A stretch of DNA of 57,792 nt, counting the filler, from Sphacelaria rigidula (Eukaryota): NCBI GenBank assembly GCA_964200075.2. It is 9 parts of 9 records of this genome, joined end to end, with 100 filler letters (N's around TTAATTAATTAA, not from the genome) between each part and the next. Parts side by side here need not be neighbours in the genome. Positions count along the whole stretch, not along the records: positions 32,165 to 38,496 come from CAXNAA020020726.1; positions 38,597 to 44,928 come from CAXNAA020020727.1; positions 45,029 to 51,360 come from CAXNAA020020728.1; 6 more parts are not named here. One strand, 5' to 3'. Of the stretch, positions 35,996 to 47,720 are shown piece by piece; position 1 is the stretch's first letter; every line of letters begins with the position of its first letter. The notes under the pieces are model-generated. The model was not told the DNA's origin, did not search any database, and saw only the letters and a program-made list of their open reading frames with translations. A program made the translations under genes and the position numbers.

Positions 35996-37155
35996 AAATT
36001 CGAGAAACCATTTGGCGAAAGGTCCCAGTCTCTGGACTTGTGCGAGCGCCCGGCAGATTTCGACGACACCTGGGCGACAGGAAGCATCGGCACCAAAGCG
36101 TTAGTCGATCAAGGGACTGTTACATAAATTTGTCTTCCGTGCGATTTTTGAGCCGGTGGTCCGACGTTTTCATATGAATTTACGAAGGGGTTTTCCACTC
36201 CCTTATGAAAATCGATGACCTTTCTTTTGAGGTCACGCAGCTGGCGAGGTTACACCAACGCGGCGCACAGTGAATTCCAGCTGCGTACTGCATTGCCATC
36301 TGCTATGAACCTTTGTCGCGCAATGGTACGGGCTGAATCTTACCCCCATCCCCCCCATGCACCTCTGACTACGGCATGCATGATCATGAGTACACCCCCC
36401 ATGCCCCTCCACGGATAACATGAGCACTACTCTACCAAGGAGAACGGAAGCGAAATAGGGATATGCTTCACTCCCATTCTTGTATAGCCGCAGCCACATA
36501 CACACGAGATTTGACAAAACGTGTCAAACCCAAAAATGATCCGGAATAGCACGATCGAAACGTCGTCGCGGTGTGGCCATACACAGTCGAGGGTACAAGA
36601 TGTGAACGGGATATCCCCGATAATGCTGCCGTGGAGTAGCGACAAGAAGTCAGAGTCAAGACACATCAGCCCAAGCCTTCATGCTCACCCATAATCTGAA
36701 TCAGTGGGTGCTGCGTATCCTTAACAGACCGAGGCAGATGGCGTCGAGCTTCAGCCCAGGCCTGCGCAATTCTGTCGTCGGACTGTTCCCGCAGGGCCAC
36801 CTCTATATCTTTTTTGTGGTCAGCAAGTCCAAGAGCAGCGAGGGAGTCGGCGGCGATGTGGTTTTAGAAGATATCACAACTGCTGCCGCGAGTTTGATGT
36901 GCTTTCCCCGACAGCGGATACAGGGCGCGACTGTTCCGCGAGCGAGCATAGCCGAGGACAATTAGCCCCATTTATCAATTCGCTTGACCTCTGAGCATGA
37001 ATACACATACTAGACGCGCAAGCTACAGCGACACGCGACTCGGATTTGGTGGCCGTGACTGGGAGGACTGCAGAGGCACGCGTGATTGTTGCTACATCCG
37101 CCCGTGTGATATCTCACAGCACGGTATGTAATGGTGAAAAGTACGCGTGACCACA

Positions 37156-37406
37156 GAGTCATGCCACGATAGCGGGGAAGGATTTTGCGTCGTTTTCTTC
37201 CACGAAATCTACTGTTCAATCGTTGTTGAAAGCGGCAATGGTTGTTCGAACGCGCTCGCTCCCCATAAATAACGCCCCTTCACTCCGCTTGATACCGCCT
37301 GAACTCAAATAGAAGCGCAACGTGATTATGTTAGGTCGTTTGACACACCTATGAGCCCCTTTTTTCGTGGAATCAAACACCCCCCCTCCCTATCGTAGCA
37401 TGACTC
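37156..37406. mobile_element. MITE, 251 bp, GAG...CTC termini, 4-bp TSD CACA (Sola-like)
   Basis: GAGTCATGCCACGATAG / CTATCGTAGCATGACTC with caca on both sides. Confidence 0.8.
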
Positions 37407-39333
37407 CACATCGACACCTGGATGACTTGCAGGCCATGCAGGAACGACCTGCTTCGGTGCTCCGACTGGTTTAGTGACACGTTTCATACCTCCCCAACAA
37501 AAGCAAGACACAGTGGAGTCAGTACACGCAATAAAATATGCAGTCACATTCATACTAGCACAAAGCTGTAGAGCAAACCCGTAGCTACCTCCTTCATCAA
37601 ACCTTGCTCAATTCCACGCTTCACAGCGCACAAGCTGGCGACGGATATTTCGTCAAAGTTGGCACAGTAGGTGATACACTCATTATCTAAACGTGATGGT
37701 CATTTTTCAATCTGGCGGCTGAAACACAATCGCACGGAACTCACGCTGCAGTGACTGACGTAAAATGTCACTATACACTCACGCAGCGCACTCTAGCAGC
37801 CACCATTTAAGTCAAGGACGTGTTCGTAGCATCACCCCAGGCCTTTTATGTCCAAGGGTTCGTCTTTTACCTCGGCTCTTTTTCTTGCGGGAACGGTGGG
37901 TCACGTTGGAGCATGGAGGATTGGTTGACCCGCGTCTTTGCTATCCAAAGCAAGTAGATCTATTTCAGGTGCTGTATGGGTAGAGAAATCATCCAACTCT
38001 GTGTCGGGTGTTCGAGCTTACAAGACGCGGTTGAACCGCTTGCTAACAGCAACCAAAGAGGGACAGCAACTCTTTGTCGCACGTGGCTCTTGCTGGCGAA
38101 AATAAGCTCTCTAGGCCTCGTATTACACTGGCGAACGGAGCGCGTTTTTTTATACACATAATGCACGAAGGACCGTCATCAGTCATTCGTGTGTGCACAA
38201 AGAGTGATCCTCCGATAGGGAGTGGTGGTGGTGGTGGTGGGATAATGTTTGATTCCACAAAAAAAGGGTCATGGGATACCAGACGACCTAATATACTCGC
38301 GGTGCGCTTGCATTCGGGTGACAACGGTGCCAAGCAGTATGGATAGGTGGTATGTATCGGTAACATCCGCGTTCGAACAGCTGGTGCTACTTTCGTGGAA
38401 GAAAAGACCTCAACTCCCCCCACCCCCCCCCCCCCCCACACACCCCCACCACACGCCCCAAAGCACGGAACAACAACCAAAAACCCCACAAAAAAANNNN
38501 NNNNNNNNNNNNNNNNNNNNNNNNNNNNNNNNNNNNNNNNTTAATTAATTAANNNNNNNNNNNNNNNNNNNNNNNNNNNNNNNNNNNNNNNNNNNNTGTC
38601 CCCTGGTCATCATCCAGGATCCTACATGCTACATCTACTACGCCTTGGTGTATTTTGGCTACAGAGCACAGCAGGTGCTATCGGTTCTCAACAGGCAGCA
38701 GGTGCGCAAGAGAGCGTGCGCACTTCCCCTCGAGGGAATTTTTTTTCTTGTTTTTTCTTGCGGTATTTTCACCCACGCGCTATCGTTGCACGACTCAATT
38801 GTCGGTATATACATGCAGTACCGTAGCCTCTCTCCGTACCCACGTCTCTACTGTACTGTATTACATAGCACACAGGACAGGACGCGAAGGACCCGCATTC
38901 ATCCGACTGTTGCTGGAGGGCATCCGGTTATTATTGATTAATTTATTGATTGCCGCACATCAACCGCTCCGCTACGACTCTAGCCGCGGTAACGAGATGC
39001 ATGTACCGGAGGTAAGTGAACAGAAACACTCACCTAACGAATTCAACGACACGGGAGAGATGCGAAGGAAAGGAGGGAACAGAGGTATAAACGTGAAAAA
39101 CAGAGGAAATAGAAGGGAATCAAGGGAAGAAAACGAAAGAAATAAAATGAAGAGAAGAAAAAAGGCAAGAAAAACGCGAACGCTACGAGTAAGATAGTCC
39201 ATATATAGTACACTGAGAAGTACAGTAGTTCCATTCCGGAGAGAAACTCCCTGACAGCCCCCCCCCCGCCGCACGGCTTCAGGTAAGGGAATCATAAAAT
39301 AACAAGAAACATGGAAGGAGGTGAGAAAGGAAC

Positions 39334-39366
<33 letters not shown>

Positions 39367-39493
39367 GAGGAAGGGAAGCGGCTGTGCCCTTGAATACTGC
39401 AATTACATGAACAGAAAAACAATTATGTAGAATATCGCTGAACCTTCACGCCAAGAAAGAAGTCAACAACCGATGAGACAGTGCAAGATATAC

Positions 39494-39650
39494 CTTAGCC
39501 TTGTGGTGGTCGGAGTCTGGGATGTAGTCGGTCATGTCGATGCATGGCCTGTAGGCGTATCCCGGAGTCCAGTGGCTCATCCTCGCCAAGTTCTCTTCAT
39601 ACGAGAGGGCAGGATTGTGCTTTTCCAGGTTGTACTCCAGTTTCGTATAT
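39494..39650 (-). CDS. Probable internal exon of an unidentified gene
   Basis: Acceptor gacag|, donor AAG|gtatat, open frame YTKLEYNLEKHNPALSYEENLARMSHWTPGYAYRPCIDMTDYIPDSDHHKAK. Confidence 0.55.
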
Positions 39651-39926
39651 CTGTCATTCTCAATCCCGATGGAGACGAACGGCACGGGAACGAGAGCGGG
39701 TATATGTGTATCTCTTAAATGTGTACATATATATGCATGCACATGGCTTTTCCGTTTTTTTTGTCAAGAGACGCGGGAAGCGTCGTGTTGTGTATGAATG
39801 GCATTGGCGGTACATAGGGCGTAGATACTGCGGTATAGTGTATACTGTGGACGTATTTCACCCGTGCAAGAGGCGACGTTATCATAAGTATACCGACAGT
39901 CATCTTTCATGTATATTTATTATTAT

Positions 39927-39939
39927 TGTTGTCGTTGTT

Positions 39940-40026
<87 letters not shown>

Positions 40027-40038
40027 GCTGTTATTGTT
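39927..40038. repeat. (GTT)n microsatellite
   Basis: Directly visible. Confidence 0.97.
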
Positions 40039-41827
40039 AACAATACAAGTCAAGGCGGGTGATTGTTGCAGCGGAAACCTCATTACGGTGCAATGAAAAT
40101 GACGTGTCACAAGTCGTTCTGCTTTATACTCATATCAACTATACCGCACTATACTGGGACCTCTCATAGGATACGGGGTTATCATTATTATTACTATTAT
40201 GTTTGTCACATGAGCTCGATCTCTCGAACCCGTGGTCACAGAGTGCAAGCAGCATATCACCCATACCCATAAATCGAACAGCCCGTAGAGGAAGGCAAGT
40301 AACAGAAAATCTACACGAAAAAAATGCACCTACACTACGATAGATCTGTATGAAACCGATTGTACTACAGTAGACCTACTGGAATCTAAACAATCCCCGC
40401 GAGCGATCTCTGTGACTATCTTGCTACGTACTGGTGTACACACAGAGTAAAGTAACAGCGAGTATGCCGATGACCGAAACGGTCGCGTAGAACAGAGACC
40501 AATCCCAAAATAGATCTACTGTCGAGAGTGCTGTTCAAAGAGATCCTCTACAGAGCCTGCGCACCGGAGACTGAACAACGTCAGATTAGAAGGTCCAAAA
40601 AGGCCACGACGAACAAAAAATGAAAGGGCCGATGGCAACGAGGAGGGAAAGCCAGGAAGTACGATCTCCCTCGGGTTCTGGTCAAGTAGCATCGTTATGG
40701 AAACACAACAGACAGGGCGTGTCTAGCCTACTACACACGGCATAGCGCTATCAGCAAAAAACAGAATCTGTTCAGAGTGTCCTATATTCAACCATGAAGC
40801 CATGGGATACCATCTGTATGTAGCATGCACAACAAACAACTTTCAAAAACCCAACGGAAGAATAATATTCCGCCCTCAACGAAAATTAGCCGCCAGCTCT
40901 GCTCTCCTCCGCTGCAAGGTCCTCTTCGAAGTTGACCTCCTGACGCTCCCATCTGTTCTCACCAACGTCCATGACCAACCCAATCGCCCATCCTGGCCGG
41001 TATCCATGATCTCAAACAGGCCCCCCTCTGCTTCCTTCCGTGATAAAACAGTTCCTCCTTCGTTATGCACTTTGGTTCTGGTCTATGGTAAGTTTGTCGT
41101 CCAGGAGGCTCAGCCAGACCTCACCCGTCCGTTGACGACCGTTCCTCCTCCATCCTTCTCGCCGAAACCAGTCTACACACCGGCACACGCTTTCTTGTAT
41201 CAAGGGTGTGCGTGCCAGCTTTTGACAGCGGTTTTATCTGCCTCCGCGCACACACCGTCCCAACATGCCCGCACTCAGGGTGTTGACACATTATACTGCT
41301 CGTGAGGGAGGATATGCCCGCACTTGGGGTGTGACATATTTCACTGCTGCACTACAACAGGGGTGGGTGTGCCTGATGAGCACCGCGCTGACCCAACTTT
41401 ACTACCACACCACAGCCTTGGCCAAGGATAGTAGTGAGAAGGAATCACTCCTTGAACGTGATTCCGGCCCAACACCCGCCGAGAATAACCTCCCCACGCC
41501 GCACCGATAACACCGGTCATGGCCTCCGTTGGAGGACGGGGAGCGGAGAATAGTATATATATATGTTTCCATGATAATACAAGGGAGGAATACGACCAGT
41601 ACTGGAACCACTCATGGCTTGACACCACCGTCTCGTAGAGCAGGGGAGCGAGGTTGATGACGTCACCGATTGGCTTGAGCGAGTAAAAATCTTATGAGCA
41701 ATGGTGGTATTGATATTTTCCCACTCCACCTCCTGTCACCGATTGGCTTGCGCGAGAAGCTTATAAACGATATATGGTATTGATGCCCCCCCCCCCCCTT
41801 CCCCCTGCGAACCCACCCGACATTTAG

Positions 41828-41960
41828 ATGGCAACAGGCCACGGCGCTCTTAGCCACCTGTTGGCTGGAAGGTCTCAAGCCGGACTGGTACACGTATTCG
41901 TCCGCCATTCACGCCTGTGCGGCCGCGGCGCGATGGGAGGAAGCCATGAGCCTGCTGCGG
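41828..41960 (+). CDS. Pentatricopeptide repeat (PPR) protein, internal exon
   Basis: Acceptor atttag|, donor |gtgagt. WQQATALLATCWLEGLKPDWYTYSSAIHACAAAARWEEAMSLLR matches the PPR consensus (GxxPDxxTYxxxIxAC). Confidence 0.88.
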
Positions 41961-42404
41961 GTGAGTGCTACGATGCGTTGTACTGATTGAAGGTCACACA
42001 GTAAGTGATCCTCATGCGAAATCCAACCGTTGCGCTGCACATGGAAAAGGGGACGCACTACTGACTTTTGCACCGCGTGGTGACAAACCACAGCGGATAC
42101 TGTCACCATCCGTGTATTACCGTCTCTTATGTCGGTGCCGCCCCCACCCTCCGTGCCGGTGTTAGGTCTGTGTATATGGCCGTCTCTCGGCTTTTCTCCG
42201 GCCGATCCTCTCTCATCTTTTTTGGTCGATCCATTCTCGTTGTGTATGTATATGCGTGCGTCTTGCATCTTTCTCCGCGTGTATATTTGCTCAATCCTTG
42301 TCTATTTCTCCGCCCCGCTGAATCCCTGCGCCTGTCTCCTTGTCCGCCTGTCCGCCTGTTCCATCTGCCTCACCCTTGAACTGCCTCTCAACACAAACTG
42401 GCAG

Positions 42405-42512
42405 GAGATGGGTCACGTAGGACTGGGGCCTAGCATCGTGGTGTATGGAGCGGCGATGTCTGCACTGGCCAACGGCAAGCAGTGGGCACTCGCTCTGGAT
42501 CTTCTCCGTGAG
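42405..42512 (+). CDS. PPR protein, next internal exon
   Basis: Acceptor ggcag|, donor |gtgcgc, 108 bp. EMGHVGLGPSIVVYGAAMSALANGKQWALALDLLRE continues the previous exon in frame. Confidence 0.88.
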
Positions 42513-43478
42513 GTGCGCCACGTGGTGCCCTCAACACCGGGATTTTATCTGCACCCCTAGAACCCAATTTGGTTAGACTCAACACGCGGACTTTGCGTGC
42601 GCCCCTGGTACTCAATTTGGTTAATGTATGGAGTGTTGCGCGGAAGTCATCGTCCAGAATCGAGTGTATACATGGTGTTACACACGGTTAATAGCACGCA
42701 CATCCGTTGCTAGCCAATGTTTTCATGTTGAGGGATGGGCCATATGGTTTAGTACAGAAGAAGTAGTGCGAACCCCTGGGCGCATCTGAGGCCTCCTCGA
42801 CGGCTGGTGAACCTACCCCGAATTGCATTTGAGGCCACGTAGATTCACGTGTTTATTGTACACAGCGGAAGCAACACGTCTACCAGCGAGGGGAAGGGCC
42901 GGCGAGCGTGCGAAAAACTGGCCTGTCACGGTAATGCTTTCGTGTAGTGCATCCCCTACCCCGGGCATGGTGAGACACCCATGAGGCAGCGTATAAGCCG
43001 TGACTGTCTCAGGAAGTGGCGATTCTAGATAATACAGCAACTCATCGGAGGCTGTCATCCTAATGCAAGATAATCAGTAGGCTTCGGGCCAAACAATCCT
43101 GGCAGGATGCAGCTCACCCTTCATGCGGCTCGCTGAACACACCANNNNNNNNNNGTGCGAGCCTGGTCCGGCGAAAACCCAGCGTGCTCCGTCCCGGCTT
43201 TGCAGGGACCCGAGGTCAATGGTCTAATGACTATGGCATGCATGATCATGAGAGTACACCCTACCCCGGGCACCCGACGGTGACAGCGCCCGCAATCGGT
43301 GGCGTGGCGGTGATCTCCTGTCACCGGTGCCAGTGACTCAGAACTACCCTTGGCGAACGCAGGAATTCGTTTCTGCTTCTCTCTTACCGTATTCTGTTTT
43401 TGCAAAGAAGCGAAACAAGCGGTCGACCACTCGGTGACTGTACATGCCCATCGATGATACGCGTGCGTTGACTCCCCA

Positions 43479-43737
43479 GACACTTTTTACGATAGCCCCC
43501 ACCCCCCCCCAAAAAAAAACAAGCCCAAAAGTGATACGAAAAAAATGATCATAAATCGCCTGACGTTTGAGTTGAGGCTGCATCAAGCGCCTCATGTGGG
43601 CGACGTCGGGGAGAACACGCCCAAGTGTGGGAATCCCCAGCTGCTCGTTATGCTCGACTTTTCATTTCGATTTACGTGAAGAATGTTCCTCCCCAAACCA
43701 GGCACTTTGGGGGGGGGAGGCTATCGTAGAAAGTGTT
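43479..43737. mobile_element. MITE, second copy of GACAC family (opposite orientation)
   Basis: GACACTTTTTACGATAGCCCCC / GGCTATCGTAGAAAGTGTT; interior is the reverse complement of 25992-26243; degenerate TSD ccca/ttca. Confidence 0.75.
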
Positions 43738-44086
43738 TTCACCTACCACGGGCTGAAATTGTGAGATAATACATGTTAGTTGGAACATATTCACACACAT
43801 ATATATATATATGTGTGTGTTTCCTCCGCTTCTCGATGGTCTAATTGTTACAGCTGGAAAAAAATACGCTTGATCGTGATTGATTTGATTTTGATTTGAT
43901 TTTGATTTGATTTTGATTCTAACGGTAGATGGAGTTTTCGTTTTTTTCTTCCTGTTTCTTGTTCTTTTCTCGCTCCTGTTATTTTGATAGTTCCGACACC
44001 CAAAGACGTGATAGCCTTAGTTAGCCGGATAAGAAACGATAACAGTGAAATGGGTGGTCTGGACGGCCCACCAAGGAGTAAATGTC

Positions 44087-44781
44087 CAAGGTTGCGTTCT
44101 GTAGGGTATACCCGCTGGAGGTAGGGTTTTCACGGAGGTATAAAAGCAGTAGAGTTTACCGGCGTTTAGCTTCAAATGTTCATGGTTGATGTTATTTGAT
44201 TTGAGTGTTACAGCGAGAATCGGATTTTAGTAGGGCTGAAAGTCCCGTGTGCTCCTCACGTGCGCAGAACGCGTTTTCGTTGAAATCGGCGCCACAGGCG
44301 CCGATTCGAGGTCTACCAAGGCCGGCCACACTTCGCCTAGGGAATATATGTACCGCCCTTGCCCGAGGGTTCTCGGTATGCGTTGGGCTGGGCTTGGGGT
44401 TGGGGCTTTAGGAGTGTAGCAATACTTGTAAAATTGTTGTCAACCACGAACATTTGTAGCCCAACGCCGGTAACCTAGCCTCTATGAAAGAAATCGGGGA
44501 GTACCCTCCCAAACCATACCAGATTGCTCGGAACAGGGCTCGATACCCCGTCGGAGCACCCCAGAATGTTCGGTGCACATTCCTGTTCTGGTCCGGCATC
44601 TCATTTTTATCTTTTAAATTTTTTACTCTTTATTTGTCACACTTTCAACCCCTCCCCTTCCCCGGGACGAGTTCGTGGTCTCAAGGGATCAACCCATCTC
44701 TCCCCGGTACTCGCCTTTGCATTTTAGTATGGTAACCAAATCCTCCTTTTGCGGGTATACCCTATACAGAACACAACCTCG
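44087..44781. mobile_element. Non-autonomous TIR element containing the telomere-like-tract repeat
   Basis: caaggttgcgttctgtagggtatacccgc / gcgggtataccctatacagaacacaacctcg; TSD too degenerate to assign. Confidence 0.6.
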
Positions 44782-45044
44782 GAGATGCCGACGATCTAAT
44801 TTTCGATAACAAGATTGCCACTGATGCGCGCCCGGGGGGGGGGGGGGGGAATTCTATAGTATAGGGACACGGTTAAGGTCGACTAAAGAGCGGGTCCGAT
44901 ATCCGCGAGAGATAACGTCGGTGTAGTTNNNNNNNNNNNNNNNNNNNNNNNNNNNNNNNNNNNNNNNNNNNNTTAATTAATTAANNNNNNNNNNNNNNNN
45001 NNNNNNNNNNNNNNNNNNNNNNNNNNNNCCCCCCCCCCAACATT

Positions 45045-46310
45045 CAGGTGCTCATGACGCTTCCTCCATACCGTACAAAATCCTTTTACATATCTTGTCC
45101 CGTTACTGATTCGCCGTCTATGGCTATCATCTATATCCTAGCATGGTGCATCTTTCTCGCTCTCGTCTATGTTTCAAACGATTTCATGCCACCTCCGTTT
45201 ACTACCTACATTTCCGTATCCAACATGCCCCATTCCTACTCCTATAGTTGACAATTTGCCACTATGTGAGTTCGACTCCCTATTTGTTCGCCACAGGGAT
45301 AACTCCGTGCATCTACACCCGTCTCCTCTCGACCACTGGTATACCTCTTTCTTCTTTTGGGGAGTTCATGGGGCCATTCAGACATGTTTCCGCCCCTATC
45401 TCTTTTCTCAGCTCCCCATGTATCTTGACGTGTTCTTCCTCGTCTACGTTCCGTCTCCGCGCTTCTTCTAGCTTATTTTTATCATGTCTCTTACTTTCGT
45501 CCCGTACCCCCCACATTCACCTATGTATATTTTTTCGTCTTGGTTTACTCTTACAACATCTCCTTCCACACTTTATCGACTACGCTATCCCGCCTTATTC
45601 CAGTGTTCACTTTCGTCTCTTTCTTTTGAACGGACCTATCAGCTGTCGCCGGCAATACTTTCCTTGGTATGGTCTTTACGCTATACTGCCATTTCATTTT
45701 ACTCACGTCTCGTTTGTTTCATGTAGTTACGTTCCCAACTCTTCTCTTTATGCTGTATTCGTCGTCGTTTTTGAGCACCCAAGTATTTTCTTAGCTACTC
45801 TCATCTGTACTGTTCCCAGCTTCTTCATCAAATTCGCGTTCCCTTCCTATACTTCTTCGGCATTTTACAGCTTTGGTACAATCACATTAATCAGGATACA
45901 CCTCGTAATCTTTGTACTTATGTGCAAACTTCGTACGATTACGTCCATCTTGCCTCCCTGTGCCTTACCCGTTTCTATTACTTCATTTATGTGTACATCC
46001 CAAGAACAGTTTATGATAATTTTTACGCCAAGGAATGTATACTGGTCTACGATCGGCAGTCCTCTTCCCCCCATTTCCACTTAAACTCCACCGGGTTTCC
46101 CATTTTTTCGTGACATACAAGCACCACGCATTTGTTTTCGTTCGCTGTCACTCCCTATTTCCTGGTGTATTCCAGTGCCTTTTCTAATTGCCTCTGCAAT
46201 CCTTCTGGTGTTTCTGATATCTCCATAGGATCATCCGCGAACCATCCATCCCGATACCGTATCTTCCCCCACCTTGACTCCTTGCTTTGCTGCTTTTATT
46301 GCGATGATTC
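45045..46310 (-). pseudogene. Non-LTR retrotransposon remnant (RT C-terminal half, RTEX-like)
   Basis: FADD catalytic motif near 46240, VDQYTFLGV, IVPKL; collinear with 56807-57792; many stops. Confidence 0.85.
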
Positions 46311-46428
46311 GTCCGAACCGTGTGAAGGTCCGAATATGATGATTGACACTAAACCCAGGTATGAAATCAACCCTCGCGTAGTGGAGCCAGGACTGTGAGC
46401 CTCTATCAAGATCCGAATATCATATTAT

Positions 46429-46685
46429 GAGCAATGCTAGGGTAGGGGTGCACTTTTTGGTCGAAATCTTGTCTGGTTCAGGGGCTCCTAATGATTCTAG
46501 ATTGGACAAGAACATGGGTCAGGGGATCCCCGTTTGCGAATCCATTCGGGATATATCTGGCACGTTGAAATAGTAATCCTGGCGTACTCTAATATATTTC
46601 GTAAGAGGTGTCATGGATGACATACAGGGCTCCTAAAAATTCCAATCTCCGAAAATATTTGTGCACCCCCACCATAGCATCACTC
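46429..46685. mobile_element. MITE, 257 bp, GAG...CTC termini (Sola-like)
   Basis: GAGCAATGCTAGGGTAGGGGTGCAC / GTGCACCCCCACCATAGCATCACTC; flanks ttat/tgat; same family as 50520-50776. Confidence 0.82.
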
Positions 46686-46928
46686 TGATGATTGACACTA
46701 TCACGGAGGCACATTGTCAATAGGTCCTCGGCCATATTTACATTGAAAAATATATAAAAAGCTAGCAAACTATGGCGCAAACGAACCGCACGGAAGATTG
46801 TAGTTCGCCCCCCGAAAACAAAACAAAAACGAAGTTGCCTTGAGTAATGGCAGATTTCCGCTGTTTTCTTTTCTGTCACCGTTGATCCGGCGCTGGAGTG
46901 ACAATTTTTTGGAAAATTGGCCGTAATT

Positions 46929-47285
46929 CGCTCAATATTTGATGGTTTCTCACAAGTTATGGCTCTAATAAAGCGCACGGGCAATGTGAACATGTATCAC
47001 AGTGCTTCGGTGCTAAATATCCTCCCTGTCAAGTATGGCCAAATTTTTCAGCACTGTCCCGGCTTTCCTCAATTTGGCGTTGGGGCGGAAAAGTTTTAGA
47101 AAATTGATCATCGCTCGCTCAAAATTTGATGTTTTTTCACAAACGACGGTTGAAATAAACCGCACGGACGATGCGATCACGCACACATGTACTTCGCCGA
47201 CGATAACGTCTTTTTCTGTCGAGATTGGCCATATCCTCCAGCATTATCCCCGTTTCCCCTAGTCGGGCGTTGGGGCAAAAATTAG
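46929..47285. repeat. Diverged tandem duplication, unit ~186 bp
   Basis: tcgctcaawatttgatg...ggcgttggggc occurs twice. Confidence 0.7.
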
Positions 47286-47438
47286 CGGTCTTGGGGCAAG
47301 AAAGTTGATATTTCATCAACGAAGCCGAACACAACCGGGTGGCGCATTCGGCCCCTTCACAGAAGACGAGCACAAAATGTTGGAGAGATGCTGCTGCCAA
47401 CTGCGGTCGTATTCTGCACGAGGTTTAATGCTATTTAA

Positions 47439-47536
47439 CCCCTAGACCGCGAGGTTAGTCTTCCTGGGTTATGCATATCTTTTTCAAGTGAAATTGATGC
47501 CGATTCAACAGGTGACCTACTCTCGCTGTCCAAGGG
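47439..47536. mobile_element. 98-bp piggyBac-like MITE
   Basis: TTAA|CCCCTAGACCGCGAG ... CTCGCTGTCCAAGGG|TTAA. Confidence 0.65.
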
Positions 47537-47720
47537 TTAACGTCAACCGGTCCTGATGCCAAACCACGACAAAGCCTGGATGGAAATCGAGGATTGGACA
47601 AAGAAGCCGCCAAGAAGAGGGTGAGGAAGCAGATTCGTTGTGAAATGGCCGCGTCCCTGTTTGTTGCGTTGCAAACCTTCGGCAGCCACAGAGTCAAATT
47701 CTCGCTTCCAAGACCCTAAG

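Noticed and set aside
46690..47720. Fanzor/TnpB nuclease downstream of the IS630/Tc1-like transposase
   Set aside because: I could not find RuvC or zinc-finger motifs or a long ORF in this region.
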